From an uncultured delta proteobacterium (lineage in GTDB: Bacteria > Desulfobacterota > Binatia > UBA9968), in contig CAVUVW010000016.1 of the NCBI GenBank assembly GCA_963745035.1, forward strand, positions 176,085 to 240,084: 64,000 bases of DNA. Reading direction: 5' to 3'. Shown here piece by piece: positions 20,077 through 30,865 of this stretch (position 1 is the stretch's first letter; each line of letters begins with the position of its first letter). The notes under the pieces were generated by a model. The model saw only the letters and a list, made by a program, of their open reading frames with translations, was not told the DNA's origin and made no database searches. Both the position numbers and the translations under genes were made by a program.

Positions 20077-21408
20077 ATGACGACGCTGCAACGTTTGCGC
20101 GCCGATGCACGGGAGATATTTGCCGCCGGCGTGAGATCTGCCGACCCTGCTGCGGCGGTCAGAAGAGCGCTCGATGTGGACAAGGACCGCCTTCGAGTAG
20201 AAAAGCGCGCTTATGCCTTATCCTCCATCCGTAATCTCTTCATCGCCGGCTGCGGCAAGGCGGGCGCGCCCATGGCGCGCGCGGCGCTAGAGATTCTCGG
20301 CGAGAAGGTCTCGGGCGGCGTGGTCGTGGTGAAATACGGCCACAAGCTGCCGCTGGAAAACATCGAGATCATCGAAGCCGGACATCCGATTCCCGATAGC
20401 GCCGGTTTACATGGGGCGCGCCGGATCATGGATCTTGCGCGCCGCTGCAGCTGGGAGGATTTGCTCTTGTTTCTGCTGTCGGGTGGAGGTTCCGCGCTTT
20501 TTCCATGTCCGGCGGCGGGGTTGTCGCTCGAAGACAAACAGCAAACCACCGATGCGCTGCTCAAAAGCGGCGCGACCATTCATGAAGTCAATGCGGTGCG
20601 CAAACATATTTCACAGGTGAAAGGCGGACGACTCGCGAAACTTACCGCGCCGGCGCGTTTGATCGCGCTGATTCTCTCCGATGTCGTGGGCGACGCGCCG
20701 GAAGCCGTCGGGTCGGGTCCGACGGCGCCGGATAGCACCACCTACGCCGATTGCCTGCAAATCATCCAGCGCTACAGTCTTGCCCACCGCCTGCCGCCCG
20801 CCATCCTCGATTTTTTGCAAAGCGGCGCGAGGCAAGAGATTGCGGAAACTCCCAAGCCTTCGGACCGCATATTCGAAAACGTGCAAAACGTCATCATTGG
20901 CAACAATCGCGCGGCACTGCTCGCCGCGCGCAGGCGCGCGGAGGCTCTCGGATACCAAGCGAGGGTGATTGCCGAGGCGATGCACGGAGAAAGCCGCGTC
21001 GTGGCGAAATCTCACGCGGCGTTCGTCAAGGACGTGGTCCGGACGGGCACGCCGGTGTCGCCTCCAGCCTGCCTGCTCGCGGGCGGCGAAACGACGGTGA
21101 CGGTAGTCGGCGATGGCCTGGGTGGGCGCAATCAGGAGTTCGCGCTCGCCGCCGCGACGGCGATCGAGAATCTCGACGGCGTGGTCATTCTCAGCGGCGG
21201 AACCGACGGCGCGGATGGGCCCACCGAAGCCGCCGGCGGGATCGTCGATGGATCGACGATCCTTCGCGGCAAGGCCAAGAATCTCGATCCAGAAAAATTT
21301 CTAGCGAGAAACGATTCCTACCATTTTCTGCTCGCCACCGATGATTTGCTGATCACCGGTCCGACGCTGACAAACGTTATGGATCTGCAAATCACGTTGA
21401 TCGCATGA
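20077..21408 (+). CDS. class II glycerate kinase (GckA/TtuD, MOFRL family)
   Basis: GCGKAG, EAGHPIPD, LLSGGGSAL, VRKHISQVKGG, LSDVVGD, GGETTV, GGRNQE, GTDGADG, TGPTLTNVMD. Confidence 0.93.
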   Translation: MTTLQRLRADAREIFAAGVRSADPAAAVRRALDVDKDRLRVEKRAYALSSIRNLFIAGCGKAGAPMARAALEILGEKVSGGVVVVKYGHKLPLENIEIIEAGHPIPDSAGLHGARRIMDLARRCSWEDLLLFLLSGGGSALFPCPAAGLSLEDKQQTTDALLKSGATIHEVNAVRKHISQVKGGRLAKLTAPARLIALILSDVVGDAPEAVGSGPTAPDSTTYADCLQIIQRYSLAHRLPPAILDFLQSGARQEIAETPKPSDRIFENVQNVIIGNNRAALLAARRRAEALGYQARVIAEAMHGESRVVAKSHAAFVKDVVRTGTPVSPPACLLAGGETTVTVVGDGLGGRNQEFALAAATAIENLDGVVILSGGTDGADGPTEAAGGIVDGSTILRGKAKNLDPEKFLARNDSYHFLLATDDLLITGPTLTNVMDLQITLIA

Positions 21409-21574
21409 TGTCACAAAAACGAAAATACCGGTGAGGGATCTGCACCGCGGCCCGGCAAGCCGGCTTGAGAAATTTATCGAACAAGTATTGATTTGAATAA
21501 GTAACCATGTTTAGAGTTCCTTCCTCGCAGCGAAAAGGACTGGTTCGCTTGGCTCAAATTATCGGGAACGGGTT

Positions 21575-21787
21575 ATGATCGACGTAAGCTTAAAAGGAGT
21601 TCGCTGCCGCGCGGCGAACGAAATCCTCGATATCGACGGCACGATCGGCGCCTTGACTGAAGGCACGATCGTCTACGAGCTTGAAGGCGAAGGCGGGCAG
21701 TTGGTGAACGTGTGCTGGGACGACGGCACGCGCACGCTCGTCTCTTCTGAAGAGATTATCATCACCGATCTGGTTACGTGGAATTAG
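21575..21787 (+). CDS. small hypothetical protein (70 aa)
   Basis: ATG-started ORF with beta-rich character (EGTIVYEL...LVNVCWDDG) and an AT-rich upstream region. Confidence 0.55.
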   Translation: MIDVSLKGVRCRAANEILDIDGTIGALTEGTIVYELEGEGGQLVNVCWDDGTRTLVSSEEIIITDLVTWN

Positions 21788-22539
21788 AGTATTGATTGCT
21801 GCCGTTCCGGTGTCATCGCGGGTGAAAGACAGACCTTCTTCTAAAACTTCGGTCACTTCCTTGCTTTCGACCTGGCTACAAGTAGACGATCTTGCAAACG
21901 CCCTTATCGGGTCCCATCTTTTCTGTCAAATTTCGAAGCGTATGTCCGCGGCAAGTTTGAATCAGTAATCGATTGTTCTCCAGATGCTCGTGCAGATCGA
22001 TGGTCTGCCGTCGGGTGCACACTCCTTTACGCAATCATCATTCAGGCCCTTCTGTTTGGACGGAAATTGGATTGCGCAACGAAATGCGCTTCGATTACAC
22101 AGTGATAATTTGCGCAACTGGCTGGCGTGTTGTTTGCTTGAGGTTTCAAAAAAACAGTCAAAGTCTTGACATAGTCTTGCGCGCTAAACTAATTTCCGGA
22201 AAGCAATCCATTGCATGGCAAGACTCATGGAAGAGAAGCCAAGTAGCAATCTGTAATCGAAGAATACTGGTCGGTCGCAGCAGTATTCGGCTTCCAAGTT
22301 TATGATTTTCATTGAACCCCTCGCGACGGAACGGACAATACAGTGCCGGTCCGTAAAACAGAAAGCCGCATCCCGCTTTGTCACAGCTCCGATAGTCGTC
22401 GAACGCGAAAACGCATATGTTCTTTTCGTAACAGATGTGACTCTGGGTGGAACGGCGCAGTCGTTCGAAGTGCATTGCTTGCACGAACCATTTATTGGAC
22501 CACTATTTGAGCGATTTTCACAGCGAAAGTTGAACGGTT

Positions 22540-25138
22540 ATGCCGATCACTGCAATTGCTTGGGCAGACGACGCAGAATGCGACATTCACATGCTGCGGG
22601 GCACGAACAGGCCAGCGCTGCGCGTGTCCGTGATGTTTACGCGATCCGACGGTGTCGTCGAGGACGCGGCGACTTATCTTGCCGCTAATGCCGATGTGAC
22701 CCTGAACTTTCAGCCGTCGTTTAAAAACGTAATGGATGTGACGGTCAATCCGCCGACCTGTACCGGTTTCGGCATCACCATCAATAACGAGACCGGCGAA
22801 ATACGGGTCGATCCACCGCCGACGCCGGAACCGGTCATTCATAACTTTCTGGTCCACGCCACGGCCCAAGATTCCAGCGACGGCAAGGAATACCGGATCA
22901 GCATCCGCGTCCATCTGCATAACCGGGTTACTTCGGCCTGGCTCACACCGCCGATTCTGACTTTGCGTCCGGAGAGCGGTGCTTTGCCGCAGACAACCCG
23001 CGTGCGATTCAGCGTGCGAGCGCAATTCGATGACGGAACCGTCGGCGATCTCACGCATCATCCGGATATAGTTTGGCGTCCCGCTGCAAACGTTGCCGGC
23101 ACCGGGCGCCTAATTATCGCGCCGGGAAACGGGCCGAGCACCCCCGCGGTGCAAATCGAGGCGGTCTTGCCTGCGGACTTGCAAGATCCGTCTCTGCCAA
23201 CGCCACCCGAAATCAAAGCGGCTGGGCACATACGTTTCGCAGTGGACTGGGCGTCAGACAGCAACGTGCGCGCGGAAACCGTGCAGATCCAGGACACCTG
23301 GCCCGGCACCGTCAATCCGGAGTTGGTTCCTAATTTTTTATTTTTATGCGACGGCTACAAGGTTGAGGACAGGCCCAAATTCGATGGGCAAGTCAGAAGC
23401 CTGCTCGGGTTAATGAAAAAAAGCCGGCTCACCCGTCCCTTCGACTTGCTTGCAACGTCCATGAACTACTACCAGGCATTCATTCCGTCCAGCCATCACG
23501 GCATCTCGGTGCTGTGCGAGGTCTATCCCGAGCAAAAGTCGGACGGAGAGCTCGAAGACAAATTCCGCCGGCGTCGTCGATATGTTTTGTGTTCCCGATG
23601 CCGAAGATCCCTCCGCCGGCGACAAGTGGAAACTGAAAAACGTCATCTTTAGACTCGGGCTTCCGGTTCCCGGACAAGGCCTCGATCGAAAAATTAAGGA
23701 CATTCGCGACTACTGGGACAGCATCTTGGACGGCGTGCCGCAGAACAGGATTGCCGATACGACGGTGCGAAGTTGGCAGAAGCTGTCCAAGCGCACGTTT
23801 ATCGAAGAAACCGATTCGGTGTTCGGCCTCGCCTATGGAGAATATCCCGCGGTATCCCGGGAGAGCGACGACCGCACCATCGGATTTCACCCGCGCCGAA
23901 TGGCTCGGGCTCGCCTGGATCCGATCCTCAACCGATTGACCGACGCCCAGGGTAATTCGATGGGCTCCATTTGGATGGCGCGGCCGGACGGGACGCGGCC
24001 CAGCAGCTACCCTCTGATATTTATCTTTTCATCGCTGAAATGGGATAGGGGCGTCAATTTCGGGCGCGGTTACATCTCGATGAACGTCGAGGACCGCGAC
24101 GGGATTCCGGCTCGGCGCGTTACCGGTAGACCGACCTTCGAGATCGATTTGACCGGTAAGATCACCAATCGCATTTCACATACAAGGTTGGTGCGCGGAT
24201 GCCATGAGGTGGCGCATTCCTTCGGCCTGGGTGACGAATACAGCGAGAAAGGCACCATGCCCGATTCCATAGATGTCGACCGAAGCTACGGCAATCTCCA
24301 AAAGCATTCCGATGTGCTGCACCCCGTGAGCAACGCGATCGACGGTGACATGATCAAATGGCGCTGGCATCGGATCCGTAAGGCGGCTGTGATCGTCGGG
24401 CCGATTGCGGAAGTACCAACGCAGCCGGGTAAATTTCGCATCCCCGTTATTCTGGGACAGGCGCGGCAGTTTGCCGTCGGTAACACCGTGCTGCTCAGAT
24501 TCCGGCAATATCCGAATCCTTTGCCGCGCTTTATGGGCGCGAGCGCGAACCTCATCAGCGATCATCTCGAGGTCGTCGATGTCGCGGATCCGTCCGGAAT
24601 CCTCGACCCCAATCGGCCGCGCGGTCCCGATAATCCCCTGATCGGCGTCTTATTAGTCTCGCCGAAAGCCGGTCATGCGTTCAGCACGGCGGACGCGGCG
24701 AGATTTCAGCCCGGGTGCATCGTTTATTTGCCGGTCACCGCTCCCGAGTCGGTGCGCACGAACACTTATCCGTTCGCCGAGTTGGTCGCAAAGAACATCA
24801 GAGATCACATTACGGACCGGGAGCGCGCGCTCAATATGGATCCCGACAGCAACAAAATCTGCGTCGCGGATGACGATGAAATCCAAAAGCCCGTAAAGTT
24901 AAAAGTCGATCTGCCGATTTGCTTCAGCCACAAAAACCGCATCGTCGGTCTTTTCACCGGCGGTAAAACCTACCAATGCGGCGTCTACCATCCGACGGGC
25001 AGTTGCATCATGCGCAATTCCAACAGCGACGGCAAAGAGTTTTGCGCGGTTTGCCGTTACCTGCTGGTGGACATTATAGATCCTTCGAGGCATTTCTCCC
25101 TCGATCTCGACTACGAAGAGTACTACCCGCAGAAATGA
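22540..25138 (+). CDS. M64 (IgA-peptidase-like) zinc metalloprotease with N-terminal beta-sandwich region; one indel at ~23570
   Basis: ORFs 22540..23652 and 23582..25138 join. M64-like NFLFLCDGY...TRPFDLLATSMNYY, HEVAHSFGLGDEY (24203-24241), and C-terminal GLFTGG...GVYHPTGSCIMR...FCAVC. Confidence 0.78.
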
Positions 25139-28100
25139 AAAACGATCACGGTACTTTCGAATTGATCGCGCGCCACTTCGTCACGGCGCTGGAGCCGCTT
25201 CGCCGCGCGGTCAGCGATGAAAACGCCTTTCAAGCGCTGATGCTGCGCCTCGGCTGGGAGACGACGGGGATGCCGCCGGCATATGCGGCCATCGGCAGTG
25301 CCATCGCCGAGGCGGCGGCGAGCGTGAAAAACTTGAGCGACGATGCCGAGGCCGACGAGATCGCCGATCTGCTGCTCAAGACGAAGGCGGCCTATGAAAA
25401 AATTCGTAGCATCGATGCCGCTCCCCCGGGCGTCGATGCTCCTTCGTTTCTCGCCCAAGTCGGCGAACGCCTTTTTGAAATTTTGTTGACGGACTATCTG
25501 GCGGCGGAGCAGACCGCTGTCTTCAATCTACTTTCGATGCTCAATGTCATCGAAGTCGAAGATCTTCCGGCGACGGCACAGCAGCGGGGCATCGTCCGCA
25601 CGCGCTTCAAATGGGAAGAGATTCCCAAAATCATCGACGATCCGGCGTCACTTCCCGAACGCGTCTACGGCTGGGGTACAGCCGGATCTGCGATTTCAGC
25701 TTTTGGCGCAGCACGTCGGCGAATTGTTGTTCGCCATCGGGTTCCCGGTTTTTATCGGCAAGGCCGACGAATTGCTGGCGGATGCCTATCACGACGGGGA
25801 GGACGGCCTAGACGATGAATCTTGGATCGTCAAAGTTCCATTCTATTACATCACCATCGCGGAAAAGAATTTGGAAGCCGCTTTCAGTCTGATGGAATTG
25901 AAGGGCGAAGGGGCGAAGCTTCCGGGGGTGATCATTCAACCGCAAATACCCGAGCAATTTCCCCTCAAATTCCACATCGCTCCGACCATCGATTTGAGGC
26001 TAAAGGCCGGTACCAACGCGGCGTCGGAGTTCGGTATTGTGCTCCGGCCCGGAGAGGCCTCGGTCCGTTACCCGTTCGAACCGGGAAGGGCACCTCCGGC
26101 CGGCGGGATCGGCATAGGTTTCGACTTCAACGCAACGACGCCGACTGTGCTTTTCGGCGCGGCGGGCGCGACGCGCCTGGAGTTTCAATCGGCTGCGATC
26201 GATTTTGACGTGAAATCGAGCGCCGGCGAATTGGATATCGTCCTGGGCGCACAGTTCAAAGGATTCTCGCTGGTGTTGGCCGGCGGAGAGAGCGATTCCT
26301 TCGTGCAATCGTTTCTCGGCGGCGGCGAAACGCCGCATCGAGATTCCCCTCGGCATCGAATGGTCGCGCCGCGACGGCGTGCATTTCGCCGGAAGCCAGG
26401 TCTTTGAAGTTGCGCTCCATCCGCGACCGAAGCATCGGGCCGTTCGTACTGGACGCTCTTGTCCTGCGGTTGGCCGCGCCGACGGACGGGTCCGGCGATT
26501 TGAGTCTCGTCGTCGGCGCGAGCCTGTCGGGAGAACTCGGCCCGGTGACGGTCAGCGTCGAAAACATCGGCTTCCATGTCGATGCCACGTTTGCATCCGG
26601 CAACATGGGACCCTTCGATCTGGACCTCGGTTTCAAGCCCCCGACTGGCGCAGGCCTCGCCATCGACGCCTCGGTGGTGGTGGGGGGCGGCTTCCTGCGC
26701 TTTGATGCAGAGAAAGAAGAATACAGCGGGATATTGCAACTGGAGATTGCCGAGAAGATCGCGGTCAAAGCGATCGGGATGCTGACCACGACGAATGCCC
26801 GGACGGCGCCAAGGGCTACTCGTTGATGGTCATCATTACAGCCGAAGGGTTTGCGCCGATCCAGCTCGGCTACGGCTTTGTGTTGACCGGCATCGGCGGG
26901 CTATTGGCGATCAACCGCACGTTCGACGAAGAAGCGCTGCGCGCCGGACTCAAGAACCACACGCTCGACAGCGTGATGTTTCCCCACGATCCGATCCGCA
27001 ACGCCCCGCAGATCTTAAGCAACTTAAACAAAGTCTTCCCGCCCGCCAACGGCCACCATCTGTTCGGGCCGATGGTGCAGATCTCCTGGGGCACACCGCC
27101 ATTGATCACCGCCGATCTGGCCGTGGTGCTGGAGTTCGGCGTCCGTCTGCGGCTGCTGATTTTAGCCCAGGTCGTGGCGATTTTACCCAAACGGGAAAAC
27201 GATCTGGTGCGACTGCAGATGGACGCCATCGGCGTGATCGACTTCGATCAAGGCACGCGCCGCCCTCGACGCCACGCTTTACGATTCGCGGTTGCTCAAG
27301 AAATTCGTTTTGACGGGCGACATGGCGATGCGCATGAAATGGGAAGGCTCGCCCAACTTCGCCCTCGCCATCGGCGGCTTGCATCCGGCGTTCAACCCGC
27401 CCGCCAATTTTCCCAAGCTCGAGCGCATCGCGATTAATTTATCTGCCGGCGACAACCCGCGGATTCGCTGCGAAGCGTATTTCGCGCTCACGGCCAACAC
27501 CGTACAGTTCGGCGCCCGCGCCGAGCTTTATGCCTCCGCCGCCGGCTTCAGCATTCATGGCGGCATCGGCTTCGATGTCTTGATCCAGCTCGACCCGTTT
27601 CAATTTCTGGCCGAGTTTTACGCCCAGCTCCAGCTCAAGCGCGGCTCGAGCAATTTATTCAAGGTCCGGGTCGAAGGCGCGCTCGCCGGGCCGCGGCCGC
27701 TGCATGTCAAAGCCAAAGCCACGTTTGAAATTCTCTGGTGGGACGTTTCGATCCGGGTCGACAAGATACTGGTCGGAGGAGAGAAGCCGCCGCTGCCGGA
27801 ACCCATTGATGTATTGCCGCGATTAAAAGAGGCGCTGGCCAATCCCGGCAACTGGGTGGGTCAGCTTCCCGCCGGCCAACGTCCCATGGTCACTCTGCGT
27901 GAAAAGCCGAGAGCAGCGACCGAAGTGTTGCTCCATCCGCTCGGCACCTTGACGATTAAACAGAGCATCGTCCCATTAGACATCGATATTTCCCGCTTCG
28001 GCCAGGCCGCGCCCGCCGGAGCGCGTCGCTTCACGATCAGCGGCGTCAGCCTCAGCGGACAGGGCCAGACGACGGAACCGGTCAAAGAATTCTTCGCTCC

Positions 28101-28608
28101 GGCTCAGTTCTTCGAGATGAGCGACGACGAAAAGCTTTCCCGGCCTTCTTTTGAACCGATGGCCGCGGGGATGAGCATCGGCTCGGAGGAGTTCGCTTTT
28201 ACCTCGGACGACAACGATTGGCTGGAAGTCGAAGCGATAAAATTTGAGACGCTTATCATGAACAAAGAGAAGAAGGAAACGCGCCGCAGCGATCCAGAGC
28301 ATTTGTATCGATTGAGCGCAGAACTTTTTGGCAAGCAGGCGCGCTTTGGCGCTGCCGGGGCGGCCGCGATTCGGCACAGCGGCAAGGCCAAATACCGTTC
28401 AGTGGTGGGAAAACACCGGATTGCCAAGGAAGGGTGGAGCATCGTGGCGACGGATAGCTTAACGGTGGAGCCGGTGCCCGGTATCACAGAAGAGAAGCCG
28501 GTGATCTATTCGGAAGCGCTGCAGGCGTTAAGAGAACTGAAACTGCAAAACCCGGCCAAAGCCGCCGGACTGAAAATTATGAGACTCTCGGAAATTGCGG
28601 GTAACTAG
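25135..28608 (+). CDS. large DUF6603-like protein A (about five indels)
   Basis: ATG overlaps the protease stop (ATGA). Joined frames give a helical N-domain (LGWE...RLFEILLTDYLA...YGWGT), then beta-rich GFKPPTGAGLAIDA..GGGFL..EYSGILQL..PIQLGYGFVLTGIGGLLAINR..GGLHPAF..YFALTANTVQFGA..FAPAQFFEMSDDEKLSRPSFE, which I recognise as DUF6603-type. Confidence 0.72.
26631..28600 (+). repeat. copy 1 of a ~2 kb imperfect direct repeat (C-terminal half of DUF6603-like gene A)
   Basis: Long identical runs shared with 32407-34375, e.g. TTGCAACTGGAGATTGCCGAGAAGATCGCGGTCAAAGCGATCGG and GCGTGAAAAGCCGAGAGCAGCGACCGAAGTGTTGCTCCATCCGCTCGGCACCTTGACG. Offset is about 5.78 kb. Confidence 0.95.
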
Positions 28609-28621
28609 GATTGGGGTAGGT

Positions 28622-30865
28622 ATGCCGAACCGAGGCGTCAAGGGCCGCATCATCGACGAAAACGGTGCGGGCCTAAAAGATCTCACCGTAAGAGCCATCG
28701 ATTTCGATCCGTTTTTCCACGAAGACGATGTGTTGAAGACGGGGAAAACCGACGCCGATGGAAATTTCGAGCTCACCTACTCCACCGAGGACTTCACCTT
28801 TTGGGATCCGCATAGAAATCCCGACATCGTGGTCCAAGTCTTCGGGCCGCGCTACGAAGATCCCAAGCTCTTCGGCACCCGACTGCTGCACGAAACAAAA
28901 GAAGCGGAGGACGTAGACGACGAGATCCTCGACGCCGGCCTGATCAGAATTCACCGGGACAACATCGACGGTTGGCTCGTCACCCATACGACGTTGAATC
29001 CGGAAACGGCAACACCGGTGGCGCTGTTCCAAAACAACGAGATCACACATCTCGTTGACGGCGCCGCGATGTTTCCGGCGGTAACCGACATGGCGATGGG
29101 GGCGAACACGTCCATCAATCTGATGAGCTTGTTCTTCGACGTGGACAACCATTTGATTACGAAATTCAAAAATACTTTCAATCCAAGCAACCCCCCGTCC
29201 ACGAATTGCAAGGCCGAGATGGAAGCGACGTTGGAAGAAGAACTGAAGAAAAAGGCCGAGAATCCGGGCGGGAAATTGGTCAATGTTATGGTCACCGACC
29301 TTCCTCTGTCAGCCAACGACACGGTGACTGAGGTACGCGAATTTTTTAAGAATAAAGGCGTTCACACCAGCGCATTTACCAAGGGTTTTGCGGTTCTCCA
29401 CGCCAAAGCGATTGTCGTGGATGGAGACAAGGCGATTCTTATGGGCTCGCCGTTGAAGCAGTTCTACTTCAGCGACGAGCGTCACGCGATTTACGACGCG
29501 CGGCATAAGGGGTCGCTCAACCACGACGTGAACATACAGATTGAAGGTCCCGCCGTCGCGCACATCGACAAAACCTTTGGCACGGTTTGGAGATCGACCG
29601 GCGAACCGCTCAGAATGATCACCCCCAACGATATTCCTCCAAAAACAGGCGCGAATGCCGCTTCCGTTCAAGTGCTTCGGACCTTGCCGGGGCGCACTTT
29701 CAAAGGCACGGCGCCTTTGGAGGAAAACCTTCCTCACGGAGAGACCGGAATTTTGGAAGCCTACGAACGGGCGATCAACAACGCGGAGCGCTACATCTTC
29801 ATCGAGAATCAATATTTTACCTCACCGGAGATCGTCAACGCGCTGATCGCCCGGCTGAAGGATCCTTCCAAGCCGAAGCTGCAGATTATTCTCGTACTCA
29901 ATTTCCGCCCCGATTTGCCCGGCTACCCCGATGAGCAAATCGAGCTCGTCAGTCAATTGAGGGTCGCGGCCAACATCAACGGCCACCAGTTTGTAGTTTA
30001 TACCATGTGGAGCAGGTCCGAGATCGTCGGTGCTGGAGGGCAGAAGCGTTTCGAGATCATGCCGATCTACCTGCACAGCAAAATCGCGATCATCGACGAT
30101 AAGTGGGCGACGGTGGGAAGCGCCAACCTCGACGGCACCTCGCTCAACTATCATCAGATCGGGCTGATCGCTACCGGCGCCATCGGCGACAAGTTGCTCG
30201 ACAAACTTCAATTGGAGAATAACTTCGGCAAGTTTTTGTGGGAGCTGTTTTGGTATTTGTTTCTTTTTATCCTGAAGCAAATGGTTTTCAACTTGACGAT
30301 CCTCGCCGCGATTCTTTTCGTCGCCTATAAATTGATCTTTGATTTCAAGGAAACATTGGAAACAATCCGCGAAACGCTCGGCGATATTTCAGACATTCCC
30401 GAATTGGTTAGAGAAGCCTTTACGCGCACGGCGCCGCACGCTTTGCCGCACCGGCCCCGCCAGCCGCCACGCAGCGTCGAAATGAACCTGGTTATCTACA
30501 ACGACATCGCTGGCCAGCCCCAGACGGACGTGATCAAGGCCTTGCGCGAGCGGCTCTGGAAAGAACATCTCGGTCTCGAGTTTCTTCCCGCCGAAATGGA
30601 AAACGTGCCGGCGGATCCCGCCAATATGAATTGGGTCGAGACTTGGAATCGCCGCGCCGAGGACAACCTGCGGATGTTCAAGAACGAGCAAAGCGCGGCG
30701 GCGCACACTCCGAAAATCCTGCCGTGGAAGCCGGCAACCGACGCGGAAGAATATTTGCGCGCGCTGAAAATTCGCACCAAGGGATTGAGAAACCAGGCCC
30801 AGAAGTTCCTCTTCAAAGACTGCAAGGTCGAGGATAAAAATCTCCTGCCATGGCCAATAATATAA
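28622..30865 (+). CDS. phospholipase D-family protein (two HKD motifs) with N-terminal transthyretin/carboxypeptidase-regulatory-like domain and a hydrophobic insert
   Basis: HAKAIVVDGDKAILMGS, YIFIENQYF, HSKIAIIDDKWATVGSANLD. The N-terminus reads VKGRIIDENG...GKTDADGNFELTY...PDIVVQV. Intact ORF. Confidence 0.88.
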   Translation: MPNRGVKGRIIDENGAGLKDLTVRAIDFDPFFHEDDVLKTGKTDADGNFELTYSTEDFTFWDPHRNPDIVVQVFGPRYEDPKLFGTRLLHETKEAEDVDDEILDAGLIRIHRDNIDGWLVTHTTLNPETATPVALFQNNEITHLVDGAAMFPAVTDMAMGANTSINLMSLFFDVDNHLITKFKNTFNPSNPPSTNCKAEMEATLEEELKKKAENPGGKLVNVMVTDLPLSANDTVTEVREFFKNKGVHTSAFTKGFAVLHAKAIVVDGDKAILMGSPLKQFYFSDERHAIYDARHKGSLNHDVNIQIEGPAVAHIDKTFGTVWRSTGEPLRMITPNDIPPKTGANAASVQVLRTLPGRTFKGTAPLEENLPHGETGILEAYERAINNAERYIFIENQYFTSPEIVNALIARLKDPSKPKLQIILVLNFRPDLPGYPDEQIELVSQLRVAANINGHQFVVYTMWSRSEIVGAGGQKRFEIMPIYLHSKIAIIDDKWATVGSANLDGTSLNYHQIGLIATGAIGDKLLDKLQLENNFGKFLWELFWYLFLFILKQMVFNLTILAAILFVAYKLIFDFKETLETIRETLGDISDIPELVREAFTRTAPHALPHRPRQPPRSVEMNLVIYNDIAGQPQTDVIKALRERLWKEHLGLEFLPAEMENVPADPANMNWVETWNRRAEDNLRMFKNEQSAAAHTPKILPWKPATDAEEYLRALKIRTKGLRNQAQKFLFKDCKVEDKNLLPWPII

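Noticed and set aside
22166-22180. Sigma54 promoter (TTGACA-N5-TTGC) ahead of the operon
   Set aside because: It lacks the invariant GG at -24.
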